Assembly: GCA_036517655.1 (NCBI GenBank)
Contig: DATDVE010000016.1
Location: 2,979 to 66,978 of the forward strand
Source: Minisyncoccota bacterium
Lineage (GTDB): Bacteria > Patescibacteriota > Minisyncoccia > Phycocordibacterales > DATDSR01
Direction of reading: 5' to 3'
DNA length: 64,000 bases
In this document: positions 28,883 through 37,522 of the stretch, in pieces
Layout: each line of letters begins with the position of its first letter
How positions within the stretch are numbered: position 1 is the first letter of the stretch
Position numbers and translations under genes: made by a program
The notes under the pieces: generated by a model
What the model saw: the letters and a program-made list of their open reading frames with translations, nothing else
Database searches by the model: none
Told to the model about the DNA's origin: nothing

Positions 28883-30283
28883 ATGGAACTGCGACTTTAT
28901 AACACACTCGCTCGCAACAAAGATAGCTTTATCCCCATCGAGGCTGGTAAGGTGGGCCTATATACATGCGGATTCACAGTTTATGACTACGCTCACATAG
29001 GCAACCTGCGCTCTTACATATTTGCAGACGTACTCAAGCGTGCACTCACATTCAGCACACAAAGTGAGAAAGGCTATGATGTAAAGCATGTTGAGAACAT
29101 AACAGATGTAGGGCACCTGGTGGGCGATGGCGATGAGGGCGAGGATAAGATGGAGGTGGGTGCACGCAAGGCAGGCAAAAGTGCTTTTGAGATCGCCGAA
29201 TACTTCACAAAAGTTTTTCAAAAAGATCTTGAAAAAAGCAACGTGCTCTCGCCTACTACTTGGGCACCGGCTACTAAATATATTCCCGAACAAATTGAGT
29301 TTATCAAAGTTCTAGAACAAAAAGGCTTTACGTATAAAATAACTGACGGTATTTATTTTGACACGAGTAAGTTAAGTGACTACGGCAAACTTGCACAGCT
29401 AGATCTAGCAAACCTGCGTGAAGGAGCACGAGTTGAGGCGAATAAAGAGAAAAAGAATATAACAGACTTTGCACTATGGAAATTCTCGCCTGCCCATTCG
29501 ACAGGCTCAGGGCATTTGCCTAAACGGCAAATGGAATGGGAATCACCCTGGGGCACTGGCTTCCCGGGTTGGCACATCGAATGCTCTGCTATATCAACTA
29601 AATTTTTGGGAGAGCGATTTGATATTCACACCGGGGGCATAGATCACATTCCTGTGCATCACACAAATGAGATTGCACAAAATGAGGCGCGCTTCGGTCA
29701 CAAGGTTGTGAACGTTTGGATGCACAATGACTTCATGACGGTTAATGGTACTAAGATGAGTAAGTCGCTTGGAAATCTATATACGCTTGATGACATCGAG
29801 AAGCGGGGGTTCACGCCTATGGCCCTGCGTTACTTATTTTTGGGCACTCATTATAGGCAAAAACTTAACTTCACCTGGGAAGCATTAGAGGGCGCGCAGA
29901 TTTCCTATAATAGGATTGTACGTACACTTGTAGATATGGATAAGGGCCCGCTGGACGACAAGGAATTAAACAGATTTACGGCAGCGATAGCCGATGACCT
30001 CAATACTCCGCAGGCCTTAGCAGTACTGTGGAACAACACACACAATCCCTCTCTTGTATACGAATTCGATAAAGTGTTGGGTCTGGGTCTGGAGAAGGCA
30101 GTATCTTCATTTATACAATCTCAAAGTGACATTCCAGAGGAAGTTACGAAGCTAGTCAGTGAGCGTGAGCAGGCGCGCAAGAATCGCGACTGGATCCAGT
30201 CAGATATATTAAGAGAGCGCATAGCAGGATTGGGATGGGCAGTTGAGGATTCCCAATCTGGGCCCAAGGTTAGCAAGACTTAG
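28883..30283 (+). CDS. cysS: cysteine--tRNA ligase
   Basis: HIGH (AHIGN), Zn-binding Cys, KMSKS (KMSKSLGN); 466 aa. Confidence 0.9.
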   Translation: MELRLYNTLARNKDSFIPIEAGKVGLYTCGFTVYDYAHIGNLRSYIFADVLKRALTFSTQSEKGYDVKHVENITDVGHLVGDGDEGEDKMEVGARKAGKSAFEIAEYFTKVFQKDLEKSNVLSPTTWAPATKYIPEQIEFIKVLEQKGFTYKITDGIYFDTSKLSDYGKLAQLDLANLREGARVEANKEKKNITDFALWKFSPAHSTGSGHLPKRQMEWESPWGTGFPGWHIECSAISTKFLGERFDIHTGGIDHIPVHHTNEIAQNEARFGHKVVNVWMHNDFMTVNGTKMSKSLGNLYTLDDIEKRGFTPMALRYLFLGTHYRQKLNFTWEALEGAQISYNRIVRTLVDMDKGPLDDKELNRFTAAIADDLNTPQALAVLWNNTHNPSLVYEFDKVLGLGLEKAVSSFIQSQSDIPEEVTKLVSEREQARKNRDWIQSDILRERIAGLGWAVEDSQSGPKVSKT

Positions 30284-30359
30284 TAGGGGTATACCCACAG
30301 CTTGTCCCCTATTACAGGACTTGCAGGGCTATTTCGGCGGCGTGTTATAATCGCTCGGT

Positions 30360-31715
30360 ATGAGTGTAAATAAGGCAGGTGGAGTACGTATCCCGCCACA
30401 AGACACAGAGGCCGAGAAGGCGCTTTTGGGTTCTGTGATGCTACGTCCAGATACTATAAGTGCGGTGCTTGACGTTGTAGAGCGGGGCGCCTTCTACAGC
30501 GACAAGCACAACACGATCTATGGGGCGATGATAGATCTCTATTCCGCCGGAAACCCAATAGATCTCTTGTCTGTTTCATCTAGGCTCAAAGAGCAGAACA
30601 GACTCGACTTTGTGGGAGGCTCGACATATCTCACAGAACTCATTAATACAGTACCTTCGGCAGCCAACTTCGCGCACTATGCCGAACTTGTACACAAGAA
30701 GCATGTTTTGCGTAATCTTATCTACACGGCCGATCACATATCCGAGATCTCATACGACTCTGACGCAGATCTTGATACAGTGCTAGACAAGGCCGGTAAG
30801 AAGATGATGGACATCGCAAGCTTCAGCAAGCACAAATTCACGAGCCTCAAGGATACCCTAATGGACGCTTGGCATCGCCTAGAGAGACTGCACGAGAGCA
30901 AGGACGAGATGCGTGGCGTTCCCACTGGTTTCCCTGATCTTGACATGAAGCTGGCCGGCCTGCAAAAAAGCGATCTGATAATTTTGGCCGCGCGGCCGGG
31001 AATGGGCAAGACGAGTCTGGCACTTGATATTGCGCGCAACACGGCGCTTAAGCACGGCACATCAGTGGGCATTTTCTCACTTGAGATGAGTGCGGCACAG
31101 CTTGTTGATAGACTGCTCGCGGCAGAATCCAGGGTTGACTCATGGAAGTTGCGCACAGGCAAACTCTCGGCAGACGAAGACTTCGCCCGCATTCGCGACT
31201 CACTCGATCGCCTCTCCAAGGCGCCCATCTTCATAGACGATGACTCGTACATAGATATATTGCGAATGAAGGGGGTGGCGCGTAGATTGAAAAACGAACA
31301 CAACTTGGGACTGATAATAGTAGACTACCTCCAATTGCTTGTGCCAAAACGCAACTACGAATCACTCGTTCAACAGGTCACAGAGATCTCCCGGGCACTT
31401 AAGGGGCTGGCGCGCGAACTGGACATCCCCGTGCTTGCTCTTTCGCAACTTAACAGGAACGTAGAGCAACGTGGTGGCAGGCCCAGGCTCTCTGATTTGC
31501 GTGATTCTGGCAGTATCGAACAAGACGCTGACGTGGTCATGTTTATTCACAGAGAAGAGAGCGATAAAACGGAGGGTTCAAGACGCGGTAATATTGCCGA
31601 AATATTAATAGAAAAGCACAGAAATGGCCCGACTGGAGTAGTCAAGCTCCACTTCGATGAGCAGAAAGTCACGTTTATGCCCATGGCGAAAGAAGAGGCA
31701 TTTGGTAATTTCTAA
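30360..31715 (+). CDS. dnaB: replicative DNA helicase
   Basis: DnaB N-terminal domain (PPQDTEAEKALLGSVM), Walker A (RPGMGKTS) and RecA-like core. Confidence 0.9.
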   Translation: MSVNKAGGVRIPPQDTEAEKALLGSVMLRPDTISAVLDVVERGAFYSDKHNTIYGAMIDLYSAGNPIDLLSVSSRLKEQNRLDFVGGSTYLTELINTVPSAANFAHYAELVHKKHVLRNLIYTADHISEISYDSDADLDTVLDKAGKKMMDIASFSKHKFTSLKDTLMDAWHRLERLHESKDEMRGVPTGFPDLDMKLAGLQKSDLIILAARPGMGKTSLALDIARNTALKHGTSVGIFSLEMSAAQLVDRLLAAESRVDSWKLRTGKLSADEDFARIRDSLDRLSKAPIFIDDDSYIDILRMKGVARRLKNEHNLGLIIVDYLQLLVPKRNYESLVQQVTEISRALKGLARELDIPVLALSQLNRNVEQRGGRPRLSDLRDSGSIEQDADVVMFIHREESDKTEGSRRGNIAEILIEKHRNGPTGVVKLHFDEQKVTFMPMAKEEAFGNF

Positions 31716-31723
31716 TTAATATC

Positions 31724-32314
31724 GTGAGTGACGTAATAGCAAAACTGGGTGAGTTATTTAGAGAGTTTCCAGGAATTGGGCCGAGGCAGGCTCGCCGTTT
31801 TGTTTACTTTCTATTACGCCAGGATGCAAGTTATATCAAGAACATGCTTGAGCAAATTACAGAATTGCGTGAGAGTGTGAGTGAATGCGAATCATGCTTC
31901 AGATTCTATATTGGTAAAGTATGTAACCTCTGCACAGACAAAAATGTAAATTCTAGTATCCTGCTTGTTGTTGAGAAAGACATAGATCTGGAAAATGTGC
32001 GCAAGACCGGCAAATTTAATGGCAAATTTTTTGTCTTGGGAGGTTTGTTGCCAATTCTCGAGAAGAATCCCGAGTCGCGAATTAGGATTAACGAATTAAG
32101 ATTAAGGTTAGAGAAAGACAAAAAAATAAGAGAAGTGATACTGGCTCTTTCTGTGAATCCCGTCGGCGATAATACTGTCGAGTTTCTTAAACTCGAAATT
32201 TCAAAATTTAAACATTTAAAAATTTCAACATTAGGAAGAGGGTTATCTACGGGCACAGAACTTGAGTACTCTGACAGCGCTACTCTATCAGCGGCACTTG
32301 AATCTAGGAAATAG
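31724..32314 (+). CDS. recR: recombination protein RecR
   Basis: HhH N-terminus, C4 zinc finger (CESCFRFYIGKVCNLC) and Toprim domain. Confidence 0.85.
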   Translation: MSDVIAKLGELFREFPGIGPRQARRFVYFLLRQDASYIKNMLEQITELRESVSECESCFRFYIGKVCNLCTDKNVNSSILLVVEKDIDLENVRKTGKFNGKFFVLGGLLPILEKNPESRIRINELRLRLEKDKKIREVILALSVNPVGDNTVEFLKLEISKFKHLKISTLGRGLSTGTELEYSDSATLSAALESRK

Positions 32315-32618
32315 ATGTTATTTTAACTTGAGCTTGGATCTGTCTGTGACCGTATTTAACTCTACGATTAGACTTGGCCTTGTACTTAACGCCTAGTACT
32401 TTCTTGCCCTTTTTTTCAGAAACAAGCTCGCCCGTAACTGTGGCTCCCTCTAAATATGGGCTGCCAATCTGGGTAGTAGCTCCGTCATCAACTAAAAGCA
32501 CTTTATCAAAAGTCACTTTACTGCCCTCCCCCACTCCAAGCTTTTCAACAAAAATAGTATCCCCTTCCGAGACGCTATACTGCTTGCCACCAGTTGTAAT
32601 AACCGCATATTTAGACAT
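32304..32618 (-). CDS. rplU: 50S ribosomal protein L21
   Basis: MSKYAVITTGGKQYSVSEGD; 104 aa. Confidence 0.85.
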   Translation of the reverse strand: MSKYAVITTGGKQYSVSEGDTIFVEKLGVGEGSKVTFDKVLLVDDGATTQIGSPYLEGATVTGELVSEKKGKKVLGVKYKAKSNRRVKYGHRQIQAQVKITSIS

Positions 32619-32642
32619 GCAGGATATCTTAGCAAATAAGCC

Positions 32643-33620
32643 CTATTCTGGCAACTGTGGGCTGTCTAGCACCTGCCGATCAAGTCCCGGCGCACTGCCC
32701 GTAATGCGCAAGACATCCTTGTCTATTTTAGCGAGCTCGTGCGAGGCTTTATTGTAGTGGCTAACAGTTGTGCCAAGCGACTTGCCGAGGGCATTCATAA
32801 ACTGATCGTGGCCGGCCAGATGCCTGCCGAGCTCCTCTACTCTCTTCTGGATATCTTTTGCAGTTTCTTCGATCTGCAGAGCGCGCATGCCTTGCAGGAC
32901 TGTTTGCAGATATGCCATGAACGAAGTAGGCGAAACTATAATCACTTTCTTATCGCGAAAAGCGTACTCGATCAAATCTTTTGTACTAGTTTTAACTGCC
33001 CCAACCTGATTGATAAGCAAGTCATAATAGATAGCTTCACTGGGTATGAACATGAAAGCAAAATCCATAGTGCCTTCACTCGGCCTAATATATTTTGCCG
33101 TCTCGTCAATTCTATTTTTGAGATCCTGCTTAAAAAGTTTCTCTAGTCTCTCGCGTTCAAGATTATCATTTGTAGAAATTATCCTGTTATAGTTCTCCAA
33201 GCTGAATTTAGAATCAACTGGCAGTAACTTATCTTTGCCAAGGACTATAACTGCATCAGCAATCTCGCCGTCATTAAACTTATACTGAAGTTGGAACGAG
33301 CCAGGGGGTAGAACGTTCTTGAGCACAGTTTCGAGATAATACTCACCCAACACGCCTCGTTGCTTGGGATTCTGCAAAACATTCTGCAAACTCTGTAACT
33401 GGTCGGCCACGCGAACCACGTTCTGATTAGTAGCCTGCACCCCCGCCACTTCTTTGGTCATATCTCGCAAGACTCCTGCCAAAGCATTGAGCTGATTCTG
33501 GATCAAAGTAAGCTCCCCCGCCCGCTCACCCTGCCCCTCCCCTAATTGCTTAGGCCTAAATATCAAATAAGCAATTACCCCGCCCGCAACAAGTCCCCCT
33601 AATACATAGACAATATCCAT
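32643..33620 (-). CDS. rmuC: DNA recombination protein RmuC
   Basis: N-terminal TM, coiled coil, RmuC core (DFAFMFIPSEAIYYDL). Confidence 0.75.
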   Translation of the reverse strand: MDIVYVLGGLVAGGVIAYLIFRPKQLGEGQGERAGELTLIQNQLNALAGVLRDMTKEVAGVQATNQNVVRVADQLQSLQNVLQNPKQRGVLGEYYLETVLKNVLPPGSFQLQYKFNDGEIADAVIVLGKDKLLPVDSKFSLENYNRIISTNDNLERERLEKLFKQDLKNRIDETAKYIRPSEGTMDFAFMFIPSEAIYYDLLINQVGAVKTSTKDLIEYAFRDKKVIIVSPTSFMAYLQTVLQGMRALQIEETAKDIQKRVEELGRHLAGHDQFMNALGKSLGTTVSHYNKASHELAKIDKDVLRITGSAPGLDRQVLDSPQLPE

Positions 33621-34052
33621 ATCTACATTGTATCAAATTAATGCAGAAACCCCCGAGCCATACGGCTGGGGGTTTGTCTGTCTAGAGCGGTGAGAGGGTT
33701 GAGATCCCGACCACTCCGGGGGAGGCTTGCAGGATGTCCTGACTCTTGGTCAAGACGTCCTGCGAAACCTGGAAGACCTGAAGGAGAGTCGCCTCGAGCC
33801 CGTGAAAGACCATGGGCATCAAGAGGCGCAGGGCAAGCAGTAGCAAGATCAGGCCTATCGCTCGGAACATAACTTTGTTCTTAGCGAGGGGTCGACACAT
33901 GCTGACTAGGCATGCCCGAGCGCAACTAACGGCGCTCCCCTCCGGGCAACATCGCGAGTTGGCGAAGCTTTCCGGAAGGCTTCAGCTCTTAAATCTATAA
34001 CTATCTAAACGTCCGCTAAGCTACTTCAATTATATCACTTATACTGTAAATG

Positions 34053-34496
34053 TCAAATGAGTTTATTTCTAAGCATGATAGCTTCTTCTGCTGCTGTGGG
34101 GTGCATCGGTAAAGGAAGATTGTCACGCGTATACCAGCCGATTTTGTCGTGCTTGCCAGGTTCACCAATTTTAACTGTATGCGGGTCAACCAAAACTCTA
34201 AAAGTGAGAGCAATCCAGTGCACTTGCTCACCCTTGTGCTCACGATGCGAGTCGAAGTAACCCAGAAACTCTATCTCCTTAGCTTCTGCACAATACTCTT
34301 CCTTAACCTCCGTCCTAAGTCGGTCCAGAACGTTATCGTGCACTTCTAATCCCCCACTTCCACAATCCCACTTACCATTCTCATCCCGAGCTTCCGGCCC
34401 GCGTCGATGCATTGCGTAATTGCCCTTACCGTCATGACACCAAAAGACAACGGATACGCCCGGATAATCAATTCCCTTGCGAGCTTCTGTACTCAT
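34053..34496 (-). CDS. NUDIX hydrolase
   Basis: Nudix box GGLEVHDNVLDRLRTEVKEE (GX5EX7REUXEEXGU). Confidence 0.75.
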   Translation of the reverse strand: MSTEARKGIDYPGVSVVFWCHDGKGNYAMHRRGPEARDENGKWDCGSGGLEVHDNVLDRLRTEVKEEYCAEAKEIEFLGYFDSHREHKGEQVHWIALTFRVLVDPHTVKIGEPGKHDKIGWYTRDNLPLPMHPTAAEEAIMLRNKLI

Positions 34497-34999
34497 ATAA
34501 TTTGGGCAATATTAGGATTAACAAGATTTTTCCAATCACTCGACTTCATAGCAATCGAGAATGCGCGATCTCCGGCGTTGAAAATTATCTCATCATTCAT
34601 CAAAACCCCTGGGTCAGCATAAGTTTGAAGGTTGAAGAGATTTCCGAAAGGCGGCACTCCCCCAACTTGCACCCCTCCTGTTATTTCGCTCACCTCTTGT
34701 TCTGTAGCAAATCTAATTTCCTTAATCTCAAGTTCCTTCTTAACCTTCGCTTCATTGAATCTCATGTCGCCAGGAACAACTAACATCACAAACTTTCTTT
34801 CCCTTTTTTCACTAGTACCTAGTACCTGATACCTAACACCTGTTATTAGCGCCTTTGCCCCTTGGTGGAGTGAGTACTCCGGCCGTAGCTTAGCCGCCTC
34901 CTCGCTAGTCCGCACTGGCGCGTGCTCAAAGGATTTGTAAGTAGTCGCAGCTCCATCAAGTATCTCCCTGATCTTCCCAACCACTGGATGATAGTTCAT
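34493..34999 (-). CDS. YbaK/ProX-type aminoacyl-tRNA deacylase (free-standing editing domain)
   Basis: 168 aa; YbaK-like GGV motif (ITGGVQVGGVPPFG). Confidence 0.55.
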   Translation of the reverse strand: MNYHPVVGKIREILDGAATTYKSFEHAPVRTSEEAAKLRPEYSLHQGAKALITGVRYQVLGTSEKRERKFVMLVVPGDMRFNEAKVKKELEIKEIRFATEQEVSEITGGVQVGGVPPFGNLFNLQTYADPGVLMNDEIIFNAGDRAFSIAMKSSDWKNLVNPNIAQII

Positions 35000-35235
35000 T
35001 GCTTACTTGCATTATTAAAATCTTCTTCATGCACTTCCGCCAAGTCAAGCGCAGACAGAAGTGTCCCATGAGCCAATTCTCGATGAAGCGGCACAATAGT
35101 AGTTATGGTACGAATACCACTTTTCTTTTGCAACTTCATGTGACTGCCCTTCTGTGACACTGCAGTAAATCCGAAATGCTTGCACAATATCTTTATAGTA
35201 GATTTACCCGAAAAAACTTTAGGCATGAACCTCAA
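34996..35235 (-). CDS. hicA: HicA family type II toxin (mRNA interferase)
   Basis: 79 aa with the HicA pattern (KILCKHFGF...QKGSHMKLQK...VPLHRELAHGTL). Overlaps the upstream hicB. Confidence 0.7.
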   Translation of the reverse strand: MRFMPKVFSGKSTIKILCKHFGFTAVSQKGSHMKLQKKSGIRTITTIVPLHRELAHGTLLSALDLAEVHEEDFNNASKQ

Positions 35236-35440
35236 TGGATGTCACCATCGGAATCTCGTGTGAGAGATATTTCCTCTGCCTAGGAGATCCTTCAAGATAG
35301 AGCTCGACTGCTTCGCGCAAATTGTATTTAGCTTCCTCAAGAGTCTTGCCCTGACTTGCAACGCCGAGCTCAAGAGACCTGGCGACAAACCACTTCCCTT
35401 CCTTGGCAATAATAGCTGTAAACTTATACGTCATGATCAT
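35219..35440 (-). CDS. hicB: HicB family antitoxin (UPF0150 fold)
   Basis: 73 aa; FTAIIAKEGKWFVARSLELGVASQGKTLEEAKYNLREAVELYLE matches small HicB antitoxins. Confidence 0.65.
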   Translation of the reverse strand: MIMTYKFTAIIAKEGKWFVARSLELGVASQGKTLEEAKYNLREAVELYLEGSPRQRKYLSHEIPMVTSIEVHA

Positions 35441-35608
35441 ATTGTATCAAGACATTGCCCACATGACAATATTACGCTATATTTCCTTTGTAGGCTCTAT
35501 CGTCTCCTACTTCGCTCAAGCTTGCGCATGAGCTTCGCAGGACAAGTAGTGGTTATTGTTACCATGGCTTGCACTTCGAAGCTCCGGTGTAATCCGGAGC
35601 GTAGTAGT

Positions 35609-35680
35609 GGCTCTATCGTCTAGGGGTTAGGACATAAGCTTCTCAAGCTTAGAACCCGGGTTCGAATCCCGGTAGAGTCA
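35609..35680 (+). tRNA. tRNA-Glu (anticodon CUC)
   Basis: Cloverleaf: acceptor GGCTCTA/TAGAGTC (one G-U pair), D-arm GTCT/GGAC, anticodon stem TAAGC/GCTTA with loop TTCTCAA, T-arm CCGGG-TTCGAAT-CCCGG. No encoded CCA. Confidence 0.85.
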
Positions 35681-35991
35681 TTTCAATCAGTGTGCTAGAA
35701 TGGTTGCGGGATAGTGAGAGTCGGTATTTATTGACGCAAGTTGATAACGGGGGTTGTGAATTAAGTCCGTCATCCGCCCAGGCTCGATTTTATCTAGCCT
35801 TCGACAGACATTGTCTGTCATCGTGCGGTGGATTTATCCGCAAGGATAGAGGGTAGCGGTGAAAAGCAACAACTGGCTTACGGGTCTACCGAGAGTGCTA
35901 TCCCAACAAAGTGCTTCCCTCCTGGGGAGCTTTTTGTATATAAATGTAGAAGACCGCCGAACCCTTGCTTTGGGTTACGGCGGCCTCGTCG

Positions 35992-36306
35992 CTAGTCGTA
36001 GCAGTCGCAGTTGATGTCACTTGGTGCCCCACAGCGCAGGCAGTGCGTGTACTCGCCATCGTCGTTCCTCGTGAACCTATCGGGAGCATCGCTGTGGTCT
36101 ATCTTAGCAAGCTCCTGCCAGAGCTGTCCCTCCTCTTGGGGTGAAGGTCTGCCCGAGAGAATCGTGGCGGTGTTGAAGTCGCCCTCTTCAGGACAACCCC
36201 CACCACTCAAGCTCTTGAGGTGGCAAGAGTAGCAGGTAGTTGCATCTTCCTTATAAGTCTCGAATGACTGGTTACAAACTGCGCAAGTTTTCGTGAACAT
36301 GGTCAT
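35992..36306 (-). CDS. Cys-rich zinc-ribbon protein (hypothetical)
   Basis: 104 aa with CxxC...CxxC near the N-terminus and CxxC...CxC at the C-terminus. Strong hairpin terminator at 35952-35990. GC content elevated. Confidence 0.45.
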   Translation of the reverse strand: MTMFTKTCAVCNQSFETYKEDATTCYSCHLKSLSGGGCPEEGDFNTATILSGRPSPQEEGQLWQELAKIDHSDAPDRFTRNDDGEYTHCLRCGAPSDINCDCYD

Positions 36307-36447
36307 CTCCTTTCGCTGGGTTGATTACCAGAGAGAGGAGTCCCTACCGCTTTTCCGCCTTAGGCGAAGGGCAAAGGTAGAAGGACCAAGCTTGACCCTG
36401 ATAGCCCAAACAGGTCAAGCAAAATACTACTTATATTATACACCCCT

Positions 36448-36476
36448 ATTGACATTTGTCAAGGGCGGTGCTATAC
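36448..36476 (+). promoter_or_regulatory. sigma70-like promoter TTGACA-N17-TATACT with a 14-bp palindrome (TTGACATTTGTCAA) over the -35; probable operator
   Basis: Consensus -35 (36448-36453) and -10 (36471-36476), 17-nt spacer. RBS GGAGGTG at 36489-36495, then TTG start at 36504. Confidence 0.6.
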
Positions 36477-36503
36477 TCTCTGTCAGACTGGAGGTGAAAA
36501 CCT

Positions 36504-36791
36504 TTGACACGCGAACAGCTCGCAAAGAGGGTTCACTGGCCCAAAATCATCTGGACAGCGGGCATAGTGAACGTCACGGCGATGTTGCCCCAACTATGGC
36601 AACTGCTAAAGACTCACGAAACCAAGGGGCTGTCGGTGGAAATGTTCTGCATCTACCTCGGCATCCAAATCTGCTTCTGCTTGGAGGGCTACTTCAAGCG
36701 GAGCAAGATGCTCTTCTGGTGTCTCGGAGCTTCGGCAGTCGTCAGCTCGGTCATCATCGCTCTCATCGTCTACTACCGCCACTTCGCATAG
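36504..36791 (+). CDS. SemiSWEET/PQ-loop family small transporter
   Basis: 95 aa, 3 TM. PQ motif in TM1 (MLPQLWQLLKTHETKGLS), typical of bacterial SemiSWEETs. TTG start. Confidence 0.6.
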   Translation: MTREQLAKRVHWPKIIWTAGIVNVTAMLPQLWQLLKTHETKGLSVEMFCIYLGIQICFCLEGYFKRSKMLFWCLGASAVVSSVIIALIVYYRHFA

Positions 36792-36807
36792 TGGCAAGGA
36801 GGAGTAA

Positions 36808-37099
36808 AGTGGCGAAGCTCACAATCAGGTTCTATTTCGAGAACGAGGACTCACTCAACGATCCCGACGTCCAGGCGACTGTGACGGATATCACCAAGAG
36901 TCTGCCAAATCGAGGGGTGGAGATTCAGAGGCTGAACATCGAGGAGGGTGAGGGCAAGCGACGATTCGAACTCTTCCGCAAAGACCGCCTGCCCACTACC
37001 TGCCCCGCTGTGGAAATCGGCGACGGCTTCTTGTTTCCGCTCGTCTCTCTCGTCAACATCCTGGCCGGTCTCCGTGTAGCCCCTTCACTCGGTGAGTGA
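36808..37099 (+). CDS. thioredoxin-fold-like small protein (hypothetical)
   Basis: 97 aa, GTG start 6 nt after AGGAGG. Pattern resembles small thioredoxin-like proteins (...TTCPAVEIGDG...). Hairpin terminator at 37130-37170. Confidence 0.4.
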
Positions 37100-37273
37100 G
37101 ATGCCACAGAGCAAAGCACATAACCATGGCCCGCCCTAGTCTTCGGACGAACGGCGGGCTTCAACATTTTTACGCAACCTCTATCATTCCTGCAAAATCT
37201 GGTATATAAATATAGCCATGGTGGGCCCTTATTCTAGTTCCAACATCGTCCACTAGGGCTCGTAAAATGCTCT

Positions 37274-37522
37274 CTATAGGACGTTTATCAGAAGTAGGAT
37301 TGCTGCAATTATCACGACGACTAGCCCGAATTTCTGATCTATAGGGAGATATGATTTTATATAATCTTTACTAAGGACAGTCAGAGGCATCTTGCCAGTC
37401 CGTTTATAAGTCCGCAAATAGGAATAAATTACCCATACAAGTCCTAGTGCAACGGCAGCCAACAGGATAAGTGTCATCATTTTAGTTGCTGAGTTAATAA
37501 TAATTACATCTTCCTCCTCCAC
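37274..37522 (-). CDS. hypothetical small membrane protein (2 TM)
   Basis: 82 aa with two hydrophobic helices; overlaps the 3' end of the Mur ligase gene. Confidence 0.4.
   Translation of the reverse strand: MEEEDVIIINSATKMMTLILLAAVALGLVWVIYSYLRTYKRTGKMPLTVLSKDYIKSYLPIDQKFGLVVVIIAAILLLINVL

Noticed and set aside
33965-33990. SRP (4.5S) RNA based on UCCGGAAGG tetraloop hairpin
   Set aside because: Only the apical CC-GGAA-GG matches. The conserved symmetric internal loop (AGGUC.../...GGAAGCAGC) is not reproduced and the helix is a simple perfect stem.
33812-34000. 62-aa Arg-rich plus-strand ORF
   Set aside because: Arg-rich translation typical of out-of-frame or antisense reading of GC-rich DNA; no RBS.
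36293-37099. 268-aa ORF spanning 36293-37099 (+)
   Set aside because: Composite reading-through artefact. It covers a consensus promoter/RBS region and then two separately initiated small genes (SemiSWEET at 36504 with its own stop in another frame context, and the GTG-started gene at 36808). The translated N-terminal 70 aa are low-complexity and Arg-rich.
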